Below, piece after piece: positions 28,878-42,828 of a DNA stretch of 64,000 nt. The notes under the pieces were generated by a model. That model was not told the DNA's origin, made no database searches, and worked only from the letters and a program-made list of their open reading frames with translations. The position numbers and the translations under genes are program-made. Position 1 is the stretch's first letter; each line of letters begins with the position of its first letter. This DNA is from the human T2T-CHM13v2.0 reference genome, Homo sapiens. The stretch lies in the NCBI RefSeq assembly GCF_009914755.1, contig NC_060932.1. One strand, written 5' to 3'.

Positions 28878-31800
28878 CTTGTCTTTTTCCAGATCTTAGA
28901 GGAAAGGTTTTCCATTATTCCCCATTTCGTGTGATGTTAGGTGTGGGTATGACATATGTAGCCTTTATTGTTTTGAAGTATGTTCCTTTTATACCCAGTT
29001 TGTTGAGAGTTTTTATTGTAAAGAAATGTTGGATTTTATCAAATGGTTTTTCAGCATCCATTGATATAATCATATGGTTTTTGTTCTTGATTCTGTTCAT
29101 CTGATATATCACATTTATTGATTTGCATATGTTGAGCCATCCTTTTATCTCTTGGATGAGTCTTACTTGATCATGATGAATGATCTTTTTAATGTGCTGT
29201 TGAATTTGGTTTGTGCATTTTGTTGAGAATTTTTGCATCTATGCTCTTCATAATATGGCCTGTAATTTGTTGTTGTTGTTGTTGTTGTTGTTGTATCTTT
29301 GTCTGGTTTTTGTGTTAAGGTAATGCTAGTGTCATAGGGTGTTTTGAGTTTGCCTCAATATTCCCTCATGTTCAATTTTGTTGAATAGTTTTCGTAGAAT
29401 TTCTATTAGTTCTCCTTTAAATGTTCGGTAGAATTCAGCAGGGAAATGGTCAGGTCCTGGAATTTTCTTTGATGGGAGATGTTTTATTATTGCTACAATC
29501 TCAGTACTTATTTTTGGTCTGTTCAGGTTTTCTATGTCTTCATGGTCCAATCTTGGTAGGTTGTATGTCTCCAGGAATTTATTCTAAGTATTTCAATTTG
29601 TTGACATATGTCTTTGTTTATGATAGTCTCTAATTATCTTTGGTAATTCTGTGATATTAGTTGTAATATCTCCTTTTTGTCTCTGATTTTTATCTATTTG
29701 GGTCTTTTCCTTTCTTAGTTTATGTAGGTAAAGGTTTGTCAATTTTGTTTATCTTTTCAAAACACAAATTTTTTATTTCATTAATCTTTTGTGTTGTATT
29801 TTTAGTCTCAACTTTATTTATTTCTGTTTTGATCTTTATTATTTATTTCCTTCTACTAATTTGGGGGTTGATTCATTTTTCTTTCTCTAATTCATCGAGC
29901 TGCATCATTAGGTTGTTTATCTGAAGACTTTCTGCTTTTTAATGTAGGGTTTGTTGCTACAAACTTCTCTCTTAGTGCTGCTTTTGCTGTATCGTCTTGG
30001 TATGTTGGGTTTCCATTTTCATTTGTTCAAGCAATTTTTTGATTTCCTTTTTAATTCTTCATTGATCTATTCATTGTTCAGGAACATTTTGTTTAATTCC
30101 CATGAATGTGTACCATTTTCAACATTCCTTCTGTTATTGAGTTCCAGTTTTATTCAATTGTAACCAGAAAAGATATTTGATATGATTTTGATTTTTTTAA
30201 ATTTGTTAAGACTTGTTTCTGACCTAACATATGGTCTACCCCAGAATATGTTCCATATGTTGTTGAGAAAAAGTCATAATCTACAGCTGTTGGATCAAGT
30301 ATTCTGTAAATGTCTATTAGGTTCATTTACTCTAGAGTGCAGTTTACTCCACTGTTTCTTTGTTGATTTTCTATCAGGATAATCTGTCTATTGCCAAAAG
30401 TGGGGTTTTGAAGTTTCCTACTATTAATGTATTGCAGTCAATCTCCCTTTTAGGTCTTTTCAAATGGGTTTTATATATTTGAGTGCTCCAGCATTAGACA
30501 CATACATATTTATAATTGTTACGTCATCTTACTGTGTTGATCCCTTTATCATTCTATAATGGTATTCTTTGTAGCCTTTTAAAAAAACTATTATTGGTTT
30601 AAAGTCTAATTTATCTGAAATAAGTATAGCTACTCCTGCTCTTTATTGTTTCCATTTGAATGGACTATCTTTTGCCATCTCTTCATATTCAGTCTGTGTG
30701 TGTCTTTACAGGTGAAATGCATTTCTTACAGACAACATATAATTGGGACTTGTTTTTATACATTCAGCCACTTTCCCTTTTAATTGGAGAATTTAATCTA
30801 TTTTCAAGACTATTATTGATAAGGAAGGATGTATTGTTGCCGTTTTGCCACTTGTTTTCTGCTGGTTTTGTGGATCCTTTTTTCCTTTTTTTTTCCTCTC
30901 TTACTTTCTTTGTGGTAAAGTGATTTTCTCTGGTAGGATATTTGGATTCCATGCTATTTATTTTTAGCATATCTATTACTGGATTTTGCTTTGTGATTAC
31001 CATGAGGCTTATAAAAAATGTTTATAATTATATCAGGTTATTTTAAACTGAGAGTGACCTAACTTTGATTGCAAAGAAAAGTAACAAAAACAAACTCTAT
31101 ACTTTAATACCACCCCTCCTACACATTTTGACCTATTGATGTTTCAATTTACATCTTTTTTATTGCCTAGCTCCTAACTAATTATTGTAGCTATTACTGA
31201 TTTTAATAGTTTTGCCTTTTAGTCTTCATACTTAAGATGCAAGTGGTTTACTTACCACAATTACAATAGTAAAGTATTCTGGATTTGTCTATTTTTTCAC
31301 CAGTGAATTTAGTATCTTCAGATATTTTACATATAATTCTAATATTATACATTAGAATCCATTTTTTTCTGAATTAAGAACTCTCTTTAGCATTTCTTGT
31401 AAGACAGGTATCATGTTGATGAATTCCCTCAGCTTTGGTTGGTCTGGGAAAGTGTCTCTCTTGTTTAAAGGATAGCTTTCCTGGGTACAGTATTCTTGGT
31501 TGTCATTTTTTTTTCCTTCAGCAGTTTGATATAGCATCCCACCCTCTCCTAGTTTTCAGGGTTTCTGCTGAGAAATCTGCTAAAAGCCATGTTGGAGCTC
31601 TATTGAATCTAATATGCATCTTTTCCTTTGCTGATTTGAGTATTCTTTTTTGGTCTTTAATTTTTGCTATTTTGGTTATAATGTGCCTTGGTTGGGTTGA
31701 ATTTGGTGACCATTGAACATCCTATACCTGGATGATGTCATCTTTTTCCAGACTTGGGAAATGTTCAGCCATTATTTCCTTAAATATGCTTTCTAGGGCT

Positions 31801-32007
31801 TTTTATCTCTCATGTCCTTTAGGAATATTTATTACTTGCAAGTTAGTTCACTTGATGGTATCTCATAATTCCCATAAGCCATTTTTACCCTTTTTGACCC
31901 TTTTTTCTTCTTGCTTCCTCTATTGGGCAATTTCATATATTCTATCATCAAACTTTCTAATTCTTTCCCCTGTTTGATCAAGTCTGCTGTGGATGCTTTC
32001 TAATGAG

Positions 32008-32316
32008 TTTTTCTTTTTTCTTTTTTTTTTTTTTTTTTGACAGAGTCTTGCTCTGTCACCCAGGCTGGAGTGCACTGGTGCGATCTTGGCTCACTGCAAC
32101 CTCTACTTCCAAGTTCAAACAATTCTCCTGTCTCAGGCTCCCAAGTAGCTAGGACTACAGGCAAGCACCACCATGCTGGCTAATTTTTGTATTTTTAGTA
32201 GAGACAACGTTTCACCATGTTGGCCAGGCTGGTCTCAAACTCCTGACCTCAAGTAATCCACCCACCTCAGCCTCCCAAAGTGCTTGGATTACTGGTGTGA
32301 ACCACCATGCCCAGCC
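32008..32316 (-). mobile_element. AluS (Sz/Sx-like) inside the L1
   Basis: Poly-T plus reverse Alu dimer ending cccagcc. Confidence 0.95.
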
Positions 32317-32970
32317 CAGTTATTGTATTCTTCATTTCTAAGATTTCTATATGTTTTATTTTTAATTATTTCTAATTATTTGTCAAATTTCTCCTTTTGT
32401 TCCTGAATTGTTTCCCAAATTTTATTTAGACTTTTATATGTATTCATTTTCTTGTTATTCTCTTAACTTTTATAATTATTCTCAATTATCTGTCCAACAT
32501 TTCATAAATCTTCCATTTTTCTGAGTCTGTTGCTAGAGCTTTGTTGGTTTCTTTTGGTGGTGTCATACTTCCCTGAATTTTCACAATTCTTGTATCTTTA
32601 CACTGATACCCATGCATTTGAGGTCACAGTCATCTCTTCCGCTTTTTACAGGTGTTATTTGGTGATGTTAGACCCTTACTACTTATTATTGGAAATTACA
32701 CTCTGCCCTGTTGTTTCTTCTCATTCTGGGGAGGGTTTATGGTGAGCACCAGAACTAAAACACTGCACTGGAACTAACTCACTACACTGCCATTGTTTCC
32801 CAGTCTGTGAAGGACTTATAGTCAACAAGAAAAGTTAAATGTTTCCTCAAAACTATATTGCTGCTGTGATGTCATTTCCCAGTCTGCAGAAGATTTAAGT
32901 GGGAACTGGAAATTAATCTCAAACTTTTAGTTGTTTCTGGGCCAGGGGAAGGCTCCACATTAGCACCCGG

Positions 32971-33381
32971 TGATACACCCAAATCTCATTTTGAAATGTA
33001 ATCCCCAGTGTTGGAGGTGGGGTCTGGTGGGAAGTGTTTGGATCATGGGGGAGGACCTCTCATGAATGGCGTAGGTCATGCCCTTGGTGATAAGTGAGCT
33101 CTCACTCTGAGTTCACACAAGATCCAGTTGTTTAGAAGTGTGTGGCACCTCCCCACTCCCCACCACACCTTCTCTCTCTCTCTCTCTGTTTCTCCTGCTA
33201 TCACCATGTGATGTGCCTGCTCTGCCATGAGTAAGTTTCCTGAGGCCACCCCAGAAGTGAAGGAGATACTGGCATCATGCTTGTACAGCCTGCAGAACTG
33301 CGAACCAATTAAATCTCTTTTCTTTATAAATTACAAAGCCTCAGGTATTTCTCTATAGCAATGCAAGAATGGCCTTACACA
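32971..33381 (+). mobile_element. MST-type solo LTR inside the L1 5' region
   Basis: tgata...cccaaatctcattttgaaatgtaatccccagtgttggaggtgg ... ctctatagcaatgcaagaatggccttacaca; TSD cccgg / tctgg. Confidence 0.9.
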
Positions 33382-35035
33382 TCTGGGCTTTGTGAAAAGT
33401 CCATACAGGGATTTGGGCCTTCCAAGAAATTGTGTCCCTGTAGCACTACAGCACCATTAGTCTCTTAAAAGTGGCATCCCCACTGATCAAAGGGCAAAGT
33501 AGCCACCAAGGGCTAAATGACCGCTGCTGCTATCAGTACCCTTCTCTCTGTCCCAATTCACCCCAGGTAATTCAGCCCTCCTGGTGCTCCCAATTATTCT
33601 AGTGGGATGAGATTGTAGTGGGTCTCCCATAAGATTCCCAGACCAGGGAAGAAATCAAATGTCCACTTCTAATTTCTTCCTCTCACCTTGGAAACTGTGT
33701 GTCTAGGGAAAATTTTTGTGAGTGTCATTATGCTGGTTTTGGGGAGGGAGTGGTACAATCTGAAATGACCAAGTCTCTTACTAGTCATGGCTTCTCTCAA
33801 TTCTGTGGGCCCAAGGGATTTCTCTGCTTTCTCCATGAGTCCTGGTAAAATCAGGGTGGTATTCTTCTATTTGAATAGTTTCTAGTTGTATTTCGTGGGA
33901 GGGTGATGCTAGGGGCTCTTCTATTCTGCCATCCTGCCAATGTCTGTCCCCTAAAATGGAATTTTAGGAGCTGGATCCCCCATCAGTTGGCTGGCAATAA
34001 GTACCTCATCACTGGTGGTAGGCAGAGTACTGAGAGCTCTGGCATGTTGACATTGCAATTATTGAAACTGTCACCTGTTCTGAACTGGATGAGATTCCTA
34101 CGGAAAGAAATGCACTGGCTGGTGAATAGATATAGCATTAAGAGGTGCAGGGCAACTGAAGTAGTAATTAGAAGTACAATAAAATCAGATGGCTGCTGCT
34201 AGGTGCTATAAATTCATTAGAGAAAGACAATGAAATGTTGAGGTGATTTATCATTATTAAAAGGTAAGGAAGGAAAGTCAGAGGGTTTCCTTGGCAGCAA
34301 GCAAAGAGATGCTCATCTCCTACAGCCAGAGGACAGAAAAAGCTTAATTAACAGGTCGTGGAACTCCACAGAAGGTTGACATCCTTAAAGCTCTGATTGG
34401 GAAGGAATGGAACCCTGATACCTGGGTGGAAACAACTGGGTCAATGCACTGAGGAATTTTGAAACACGGGATCCTCCTGAACCTCCTGGACCTGAAGGAG
34501 TAGCCCATTCCTCCGTGTTATAGGCCAGCACTCCAGCCTATCCCCTACCGCTTCACTTGAAAACAGTTTGAGTGCAGAGGTCCTCAAGTGCAAGACAACA
34601 AATGATCCCCTGAGAATCTCACCCCACCTCCTCTCCTGGCCACCAGAACAATAATTAGGGTCGAGTTACAACATGATAAATCCAGGGAAGTGCTAGGCCT
34701 GCTATGAAGGAACCGTAGGCGAAAGAAGATGCTAGTCCTCACCAAGATGCATCAACAGAAGCCAGGAAAGTCTGTATAGGACTGGATCCCGAGGGCCTGG
34801 ACCAAGGGGACAGAATATAAAGTTGAATAAGAAAGTTTATTGATATGAGAAAATGATGTAACACTGGCAACAACCACAGGAGATGGTGTTGATATGCATC
34901 TTGGATGGCTACTGAAAGCTTGAAGAAATTGATGTCTCACCATAAGTGAGGTACAAATGCCAGGACTTCCTCCAGACAGTGGAGGAAGGAGTCAAAAGGC
35001 TCAGAGAAGGAGGTGTGTAGCATTGCTATAGTACT

Positions 35036-35591
35036 TGTGGTGGGCACACCGTTACATGACCCTCAATGAGCCATGCCCTTGTATAATCCCTCCGCTTGAG
35101 TGCAGACAGAACCTGTGACTTGCTTCTAGCCAACAGTGTCTGGCAAAGGTAATGGGATAGTCATTCTGTGGTTATGTTACATTATACAGTACTCTAGGTT
35201 GGCATCCTGGAATGAGAGATTCTCCTGCTGGCTTGAAGAAGTGAGCTGCCATGTTGTGAGAGGCCCTGCAGGAAGGAACTGCAGATCACCTCTAGGAATT
35301 GAGAGCAGCACCCAGCTGACCATCAGCAAGAAAACAAGGACTTCAGTCCTACAACCACAAGGAACTGAATGCTGCCAATTAGCACATGAGTTTGAAAGAG
35401 GATCCTGAGCTCCAGTTAGGAGTGCAGCCTGGCCAACACTTTGACTGTAGCCTTTTAAGACCCCAAACAAAGGACTTCAGGTAAGCCATGTCCAGATTTC
35501 TGACCTCCAGACACTGTGAGAAAATGACTGTATGTTATTCTAAACTGCTAATTTTGCGGTAAGTTGTTATGTAGCATAGATAACTAATATA
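35036..35591 (+). mobile_element. MLT1F-like solo LTR
   Basis: tgtggtgg...ccttgtataatccctccgcttgagtg...cctgtgacttgcttctagccaa ... atgtagcatagataactaatata. Confidence 0.85.
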
Positions 35592-35869
35592 ACACTTAAG
35601 GCTGGAAAACCCACCAGCCAGTAATGTCCATGGGATGGCCCAGTGGGTGCCTCATTTACCAAAGTAATGAGAAATATGTCCATGAGGTGGGGTACCAGCA
35701 TCACTGGGATGTTCAGTGGTGGTCATCCTCTGTGGGTCACAGCTAATGCTATTACAGACCCCCTACTAGCAAAGGGACTGATTGGGTTTCAAAATAATGA
35801 AAGCCACGTAGCAATGTTGAAGTATCAAAAGCAAAGTTGTCACAATTACTGTAATGAGTGACAAGGTTA

Positions 35870-36177
<308 letters not shown>

Positions 36178-36300
36178 TCAGCCAAGGGCCTGATACACAA
36201 AGTTCTAGAGGTATTTGGAGTGAGAAAAAAAAATGTGTGTAGCGTTTATGAGAAGATCAAATAAGAAAAATTACTGCATGAAAACTCTAGTGTTCTATGG

Positions 36301-36652
36301 CAGTGGTCCCCAACCTTTTTAGCACCAGGGACCAGTTTTGTGGAATACAATTTTTCCATGAACAGGGACAGGGAATGGGGGAGGAGTGGGTATGGTTTCG
36401 AGATGAGACTGTTCCACCTCAGATCATCAGGCATTAGATTCTCATAAGGAGTGTGCCACTTAGATCCTCACATGTGCAGTTCACAATAGGGTTCATGCTC
36501 CTATGAGAGCCTAATGCTGCCACTGATCTGACAGGAGGCAGAGCTCAGGTGGTAATGCTCACTCGCCCGCCACTCACCTCCTGCTGGGCAACCCAGTTCC
36601 TAACAGGCCATAGACTGGTACGGGTCCAAGGCCCAGGGGTTGGCAACCCCTA
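36301..36652. mobile_element. MER1B (hAT-Charlie), full length
   Basis: TIRs cagtggtccccaacc / ggttggcaaccccta; perfect 8-bp TSD ttctatgg (36293-36300, 36653-36660). Confidence 0.93.
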
Positions 36653-36766
36653 TTCTATGGCAATTCCAGGCTATTCACAGCAAAGAACAACACACCATGC
36701 AAAAAAAGTCCCTCACATGCTAGTAAAGATGGAGCCTATAACCATGGACATCAAATGATCATGCAG

Positions 36767-36838
36767 CCATTATGAGCTGGGTTCCCATCGTGAGCTGGAT
36801 TCCCATTATGAGCTGGATTCCCATCATGAGCTGGGTTC
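36767..36838. repeat. 4 x 18-bp minisatellite
   Basis: ccatYRtgagctggRttc four times. Confidence 0.95.
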
Positions 36839-36984
36839 TACCACACCCAAGAAGTCATAAGCCAAGGCAACCCTGCAGCAATCCACTGCCACATGGAGGC
36901 AGCACATCCATAATCAGGCACTGACAGGGTCAGAGGGCATAAATAAGCCACACAAGCAGGTGGCCCAGTCCTCAGCTACACAAA

Positions 36985-37330
36985 GGTGCATTAATAAATG
37001 GACTATAGCTGTGGGCAACTGGGGCTCAAGCTTCCTGGGTATCCCCCAAAAGCCTCTATAGAATACACCTCAGAAAGTTTTCATCAGGGGTAAAGAAACT
37101 GGGGTATTTATCCACCAATTGCCTGCTTTCTTTGTTTGAAGATTTCTCCCAGGAGTTAACTCCCTGGCACTTCAGATCTCTTCCCCAATCCCAATACATG
37201 GGCTGAGCATGATGTTTCCACCAGAGAACACTCTCAGGCAGCGAGACAAAGATGCCTGAGTTAGAATTCCCTTGGCCTGGATGAAAACTGTCCACCAAAG
37301 CTTCTGGTGACCTCCTTGGTGGATGAATGC
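36985..37330 (-). mobile_element. LTR33-like, right piece
   Basis: gctgtgggcaactggggctca, gaatacacctcagaa, gaaactggggtatttatccaccaa. Confidence 0.6.
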
Positions 37331-37337
37331 TGATAAC

Positions 37338-37372
<35 letters not shown>

Positions 37373-37596
37373 CTGTAAAATATTGAAGGAGGTTTATTCT
37401 GACCATGGCCTGGGAAACAGTCTCAAGAAAGCTTGAGAAAGTGTACCCAAGGTGACTGAATTACAGTTTAGTTTTATACATTTTAGGAAAACAGAAGTTA
37501 CAGGCAAAGACATAAATCAATACATGTAAGGTATACATTGATTTAGGCTGGAAAGGCAGAACATCTCAAAGACGGGGCTTTCAGGTCATAAGTGGG
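37331..37596 (-). mobile_element. MER41-family (ERV1) LTR fragment
   Basis: ctctgtaaaatattgaaggaggtttattctga...gttttatacattttagg...tcaatacatgtaaggtatacattg. Confidence 0.7.
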
Positions 37597-38379
37597 AGAT
37601 AGATAGATGATAGATAGATATCTCCCATATAATATACATATATCTCTCTCTGCTGTTTTTTTTCATATGGATATATGTGAAGAGAGGGAAAGATTTTTAA
37701 ATCAAGTAGCAATAGGATATTACAGTCCATAAAAGGTAAAATTTGCCAGTGTATACACTCTCAAAATTTTGTCAAGATCGCCTCCTCACAAATATTAAAG
37801 GGGCACTTAACAAATATCAGTAGGGCAGCATTTCTTCTTATTTACCCAACATAAATAGCACTTGCTGTTGCTACTGAGCAATCAGCTTGTTAAAAGATTG
37901 TATCATAGCAACATTCAGCCAGAGAACTTTCCAGAGCGTTGAAACATCCTTCTGGGTGGCTACAGTTGTCCTAGCAGCAAGATGGAACAGAATAAAAACT
38001 CCCAGCTGAGTGATTAGTGTACTGGGCCTTAGAGACCCAAATCTGCCACAAACTGGATGCATGACCAAGTAGTTTGGACTATATCCATTCCTTCATTTAT
38101 TTAACAGATATTTACTGAGCATCTCCTAGGTGTCCAGGCTCAGAGCCACTGTGCAGGGGACAATCTCCAAAGTCTTTTTCAAGTCTAACTGGAGACTCAG
38201 AAAGGCACATTTGTAGAGATATGGAAACATTTATCAAAATCAGCATCTCCCAACATAGCCAAACCCTTGATCCTCTTGTAAATGACCCCCTTGCACATCA
38301 TCCTTCTTTGTAAAAAGATAGCAGTTGTTCTGAGTCCTCTTCTTGCCCACGGAGAAGAGTTCACAACGGAAATGGGAAA

Positions 38380-38760
38380 GGATGGAAGTGCGTTTGTCTG
38401 GGGCCGCTGAGTCAGCCAGACTCCTCCCAGCTCCTAGTCCAGTCTCTCCTCTCTTCTCCAGAGAGGCACGCCCTCTCTGCCACTTTGTGGGCTGTGGAAG
38501 CTGATTAGCATTTTGCACACTTCAGCAAACTGAGCTTTGGAATTTCACTTGTCCCCTCAGCAAAATATCAGGTGGAAGAGGAACAGATTTGAATGCAAAG
38601 GACAATTGCATAATTTGCGTAAGTCCCAGGACAGAAACGCCACATGACTCTGCTAGTTTGCTTCTTCTCTTTTGCCCTTTTCCCCAGCAAGCCTAGAAAA
38701 ATAATCCCACAGCCTAGCAACTAATCCCACACGTGACCTTTTGGCAACTGAGGATGCTTT
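38380..38760. promoter_or_regulatory. Candidate enhancer (motif cluster in unique sequence)
   Basis: gctgagtcagc (AP-1/MARE) 38406-38416; tandem C/EBP-like ttgcataa 38606-38613 and ttgcgtaa 38615-38622; cacgtgacc 38730; taatccc twice. Confidence 0.35.
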
Positions 38761-39369
38761 CTTCACATGCTGGAAAACTGCGACATAGCTCCAAATTAAA
38801 ATGCCTTTTGCCTCTCATTACCATATTAAAGAGTTTGAGGTTGTGAGATGACAGTGCACTTAAATTGTCCAGGAAAAAGAAAAGGTCATTCTTTTATATT
38901 CTGTACCTGACCTACGCTTCTTCATGAGCTTCATTTCACAGAGGAGCAAGGGAAAATAATAAACTCACCAACTGAAGGCCTCTCAACCTCTTCCAGTTTA
39001 AAACAGCCTCTTTCAAGCTGAGTCGCTGAGAAGCAAACGCTCAGTTTTTCAGGGTTTTTTCATGCCTGGGTGCAAAAGAAAGCTTTTATCTTGCAGTAGC
39101 TAGAGACGAGACCTCATATGTAAGACCTCCTTCATGGAAGGCAAATCTTCCCTAGGAGGCAGCTGAGCTGGGCGGGTCTCCGGGACCCAGCACAGGTATC
39201 TTCTCTGGCACAATGAGTGCCTCCCCACCCTTTGGGGCAATAAGCTGGCACCTGCTGCTGAAAAGTGTGGTTCTTGCCCTTTCCTCCAGCTGAGATGTCT
39301 CTGTACAATCAGTACTAAGCCAGGCCTCTGCTGACCCAGCAGTTATTTCAGGCCCCACATCTTCTCTGC

Positions 39370-39936
39370 TGGATTCTTTTCCCACGGCTGTCATAACAAA
39401 TTACCACAAACTACATGGCTGAAAACAGCAGAAATGTATTCTTTCACAGTTCTGGAGGCTAGAAGTCCAAAATCAAGGTGTTGCTAGTACCACTGTTCCT
39501 CCAAAGGCCCTGGAGAAGAATCCTTCCTGGTCACTTCCATCTTTGGATAGCTCCTGGCCTTCCCCGGCTGTGGCAGCACCACTCCAATGTCTGCCTCCAT
39601 CTCCACATGGCCTTCTTCCCTGTGTCTCTGTGCCTCAAATCTCCCTCTGTCTCTCTCTCTTTTTTTTTTTTTTTCATAAAGACACTACTGCTTGGATACA
39701 GGAACCACCCTACATTCAGAATGATTTGTCTCTGTGCCTCAAATCTCCCCCTCTTTTTTTTTTTCATAAAGACATTACTCATTTGATACAGGACCCACCC
39801 TAAATTCAGAATGATTTTATTTCAAGATCCTTAATTACATCTGTAAAGACTTATTTCCAAATAAGGTCACATTCACAGTTACAAAAGATTAGGACTTGGA
39901 CATATCTTGTGGAGGGCCACGAGTCAACCCAGTACA
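39370..39936 (-). mobile_element. MLT1C/B-type solo LTR with an internal tandem duplication
   Basis: gctgtcataacaaattaccacaaact...cagttctggaggctagaagtcc ... tatttccaaataaggtcacattcacag ... tcaacccagtaca. Confidence 0.88.
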
Positions 39937-40751
39937 CCCTCCAAGGGCCATCTGGGAACTACTAATTCCATTACCCCTCTTACCCGAAGTTTGCAGGCTG
40001 CAGAGAATCAGGAGTGCTGGTTCATCGATTGAGATGTGTCCCTCAGCTATTTCCCACCCACTGCTCAGGTGCTACGGTGAGGCTGGACTTCTCTGTACAT
40101 CCTGGGAAACCTGGACAAGAGTTGTTTCTGCTCTAAGATGCATTAAAATTTATCTGGAGTTTCAAGCAAACCCTCCAACTCCTTGCTTCTCTATCCTGCC
40201 TCACCCACCTTCCTCCCCTACATTCAGCCTCATCTTCCCGCTCCCTTGGAGGAATGTTCTGAAAGTAAAATGAACTCAAATTCAGAAAACCTGAGCTTGA
40301 ACTCCAGGTCAGACATTTATTAACTATCTATCCTTAGGCAAATCATTGTCCTTATTCTGAATTATTCAATGCCAGGCTGCGACCATGACAGAGACACCCA
40401 GACCTTCAATCCCTTTGTTCAAGTCAGTAAGCCCCTTTCCACCAAGGAGAAGTTGGCTGCCACATAATATTCACCGAGCCATGGCTCCAGCTGCCCTGAC
40501 AACTCCACCTAAGGGGAGACAGGCCATCCTCCAACCCTGCCTGCAAGGACCACAGCTTGTGAGCTGCCTAAAGGTGCCACCTGCCCAGTTCTCATCACAG
40601 GACTAAGCAGCTTCCCAGTGGCCCCAGCTCAACACTGAGCCATAACCTTAGCTGATTATCCGTCCTCTTCTAAGAGACATCCAAGGCCTTTTTCATCACA
40701 CTTCGCATCCTCAATTATCTCAGGCACCATAGGAAGTCCCATCATTATATG

Positions 40752-40884
40752 TTTTTTGCTTTTGTTTTGTAGAGATGGGGTTTTGTCATGTTGCCCAGGC
40801 TTGTCTCAAACTCTTGGACTCAAGTGATCCACCTACCTCAGCCTCCCAAAGTGCTGGGATTGCAGACGTGACCCACCATGCCTC
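40752..40884 (-). mobile_element. FLAM_C / free left Alu monomer
   Basis: Left arm only, with T-rich tail; TSD catcattatatg (40740-40751) / catcatcatatg (40885-40896). Confidence 0.85.
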
Positions 40885-41165
40885 CATCATCATATGGACA
40901 CTTATTTTCATACTGCTGGTGCATCTGCTAATTAAACCATCTCCCATCCCTCATCTCCCCTCAGAACCTTTCCACAGAGCCCTCTGGAACTCATGCTTTC
41001 ACCGGCAAACTCCCCTTCCTCCTCAACCTCTTCTCTGAACATTCCAGTCACCTTCCTCCACTAACTAAAATCGAGCCAGTTCCTGATGGTCCCACAGTCT
41101 TCTCAAGCAGAAATTATTATTTTTCTCCCCTAACCCTTAAGCCTTGGGGTATGGAGGTGGGGCAG

Positions 41166-41590
41166 TGATACACTTTGGGTGTTGTTCCCACCCAAATCCC
41201 ATATTGAAATGCTATCCCCAATGTTGGAGATGGGACCTGGTGGGAGGTGATTGGATCATGGAGGTGGGTTTCTCATGAATGGGTTAGCACCCTCCCTTTG
41301 ACACTGCCCTTGTGATAGTGAGTGGATTCTCAGGAGATCTGGTCATTTTAAAGTGTGTGGCACCTCCCCCCTCACTCTTATGCTCCTGCTCTGGTCATCT
41401 CATGTGCCTGCTCCTGCTTCACCTTCCACCATGAGTAAAAGCTCCCTGAGGCCTCCCTAGAAGCTGAGCAGATGTCAGCATCATGCTTCCCGTACAGCCT
41501 GCAGAACTGTGAGCCACTTAAACCTCTTTTCTTTATAAATTACACAGTCTCAGATATTTCTTTAGAGCAATGAGAGAATAAACTAATACA
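41166..41590 (+). mobile_element. MSTB-like solo LTR
   Basis: tgata...ccccaatgttggagatgggacctggtgggagg ... aactaataca; perfect TSD ggcag. Confidence 0.93.
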
Positions 41591-41972
41591 GGCAGGTGTC
41601 CTCTTTGCTCCTCATTGTTTCTTCCAACCTATTTTTCCTCCTTGCTCCATCAAAAACAAAAGCAAACAAAACCCTCACCTCCTTTGAAGTCTACTTTACC
41701 CAGTTTTATCATCACTTCCTCTCATCTTCTCATCTTCTCATGCCCCTCTTCATAATTCACTGATGACTTCGGTGCCTGGCTGCTGGTCCACCACTTCACA
41801 ACCCCCCTTATCATTCCCAGTGAGTTTAAAATCACATAAATGACACAGCCAACACACCTGTTTTTCAATTCCTTGGCTCCTTAACTCCAGCCATTTTTTT
41901 CTTCCACCCCATCCAACTGTTCATGTGAAATAAATAAATGGTGGGAGAAACTCATTTAAAAATGAATTAAAC

Positions 41973-42828
<856 letters not shown>

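Larger units (their letters stand above)
28873..33948 (-). mobile_element. Old L1 (L1M/L1MA-type): 5'UTR, ORF1, endonuclease and start of RT; 3' half absent; non-functional
   Basis: Minus ORF 28915-29238 ([15 protein letters not shown]...[18 protein letters not shown]) is L1 ORF2p RT; 29332-29550 ([16 protein letters not shown]) is ORF2p; 31352-31537 (FPDQPKLREFI...LQEMLK) is the ORF1p C-terminus; 5' end ctattctgccatc near 33921. Confidence 0.92.

Noticed and set aside
28915-29550. Reverse transcriptase-like ORFs as an active or novel RT system
   Set aside because: Frameshifted, stop-ridden fragments of ordinary L1 ORF2p
36767-36838. CRISPR-like array
   Set aside because: Contiguous tandem units with no spacers, in a primate ERV remnant; no cas genes
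37331-37596. MER41 as an interferon-inducible STAT1 enhancer
   Set aside because: Only a partial LTR is present and I see no tandem GAS (TTCNNNGAA) sites in it
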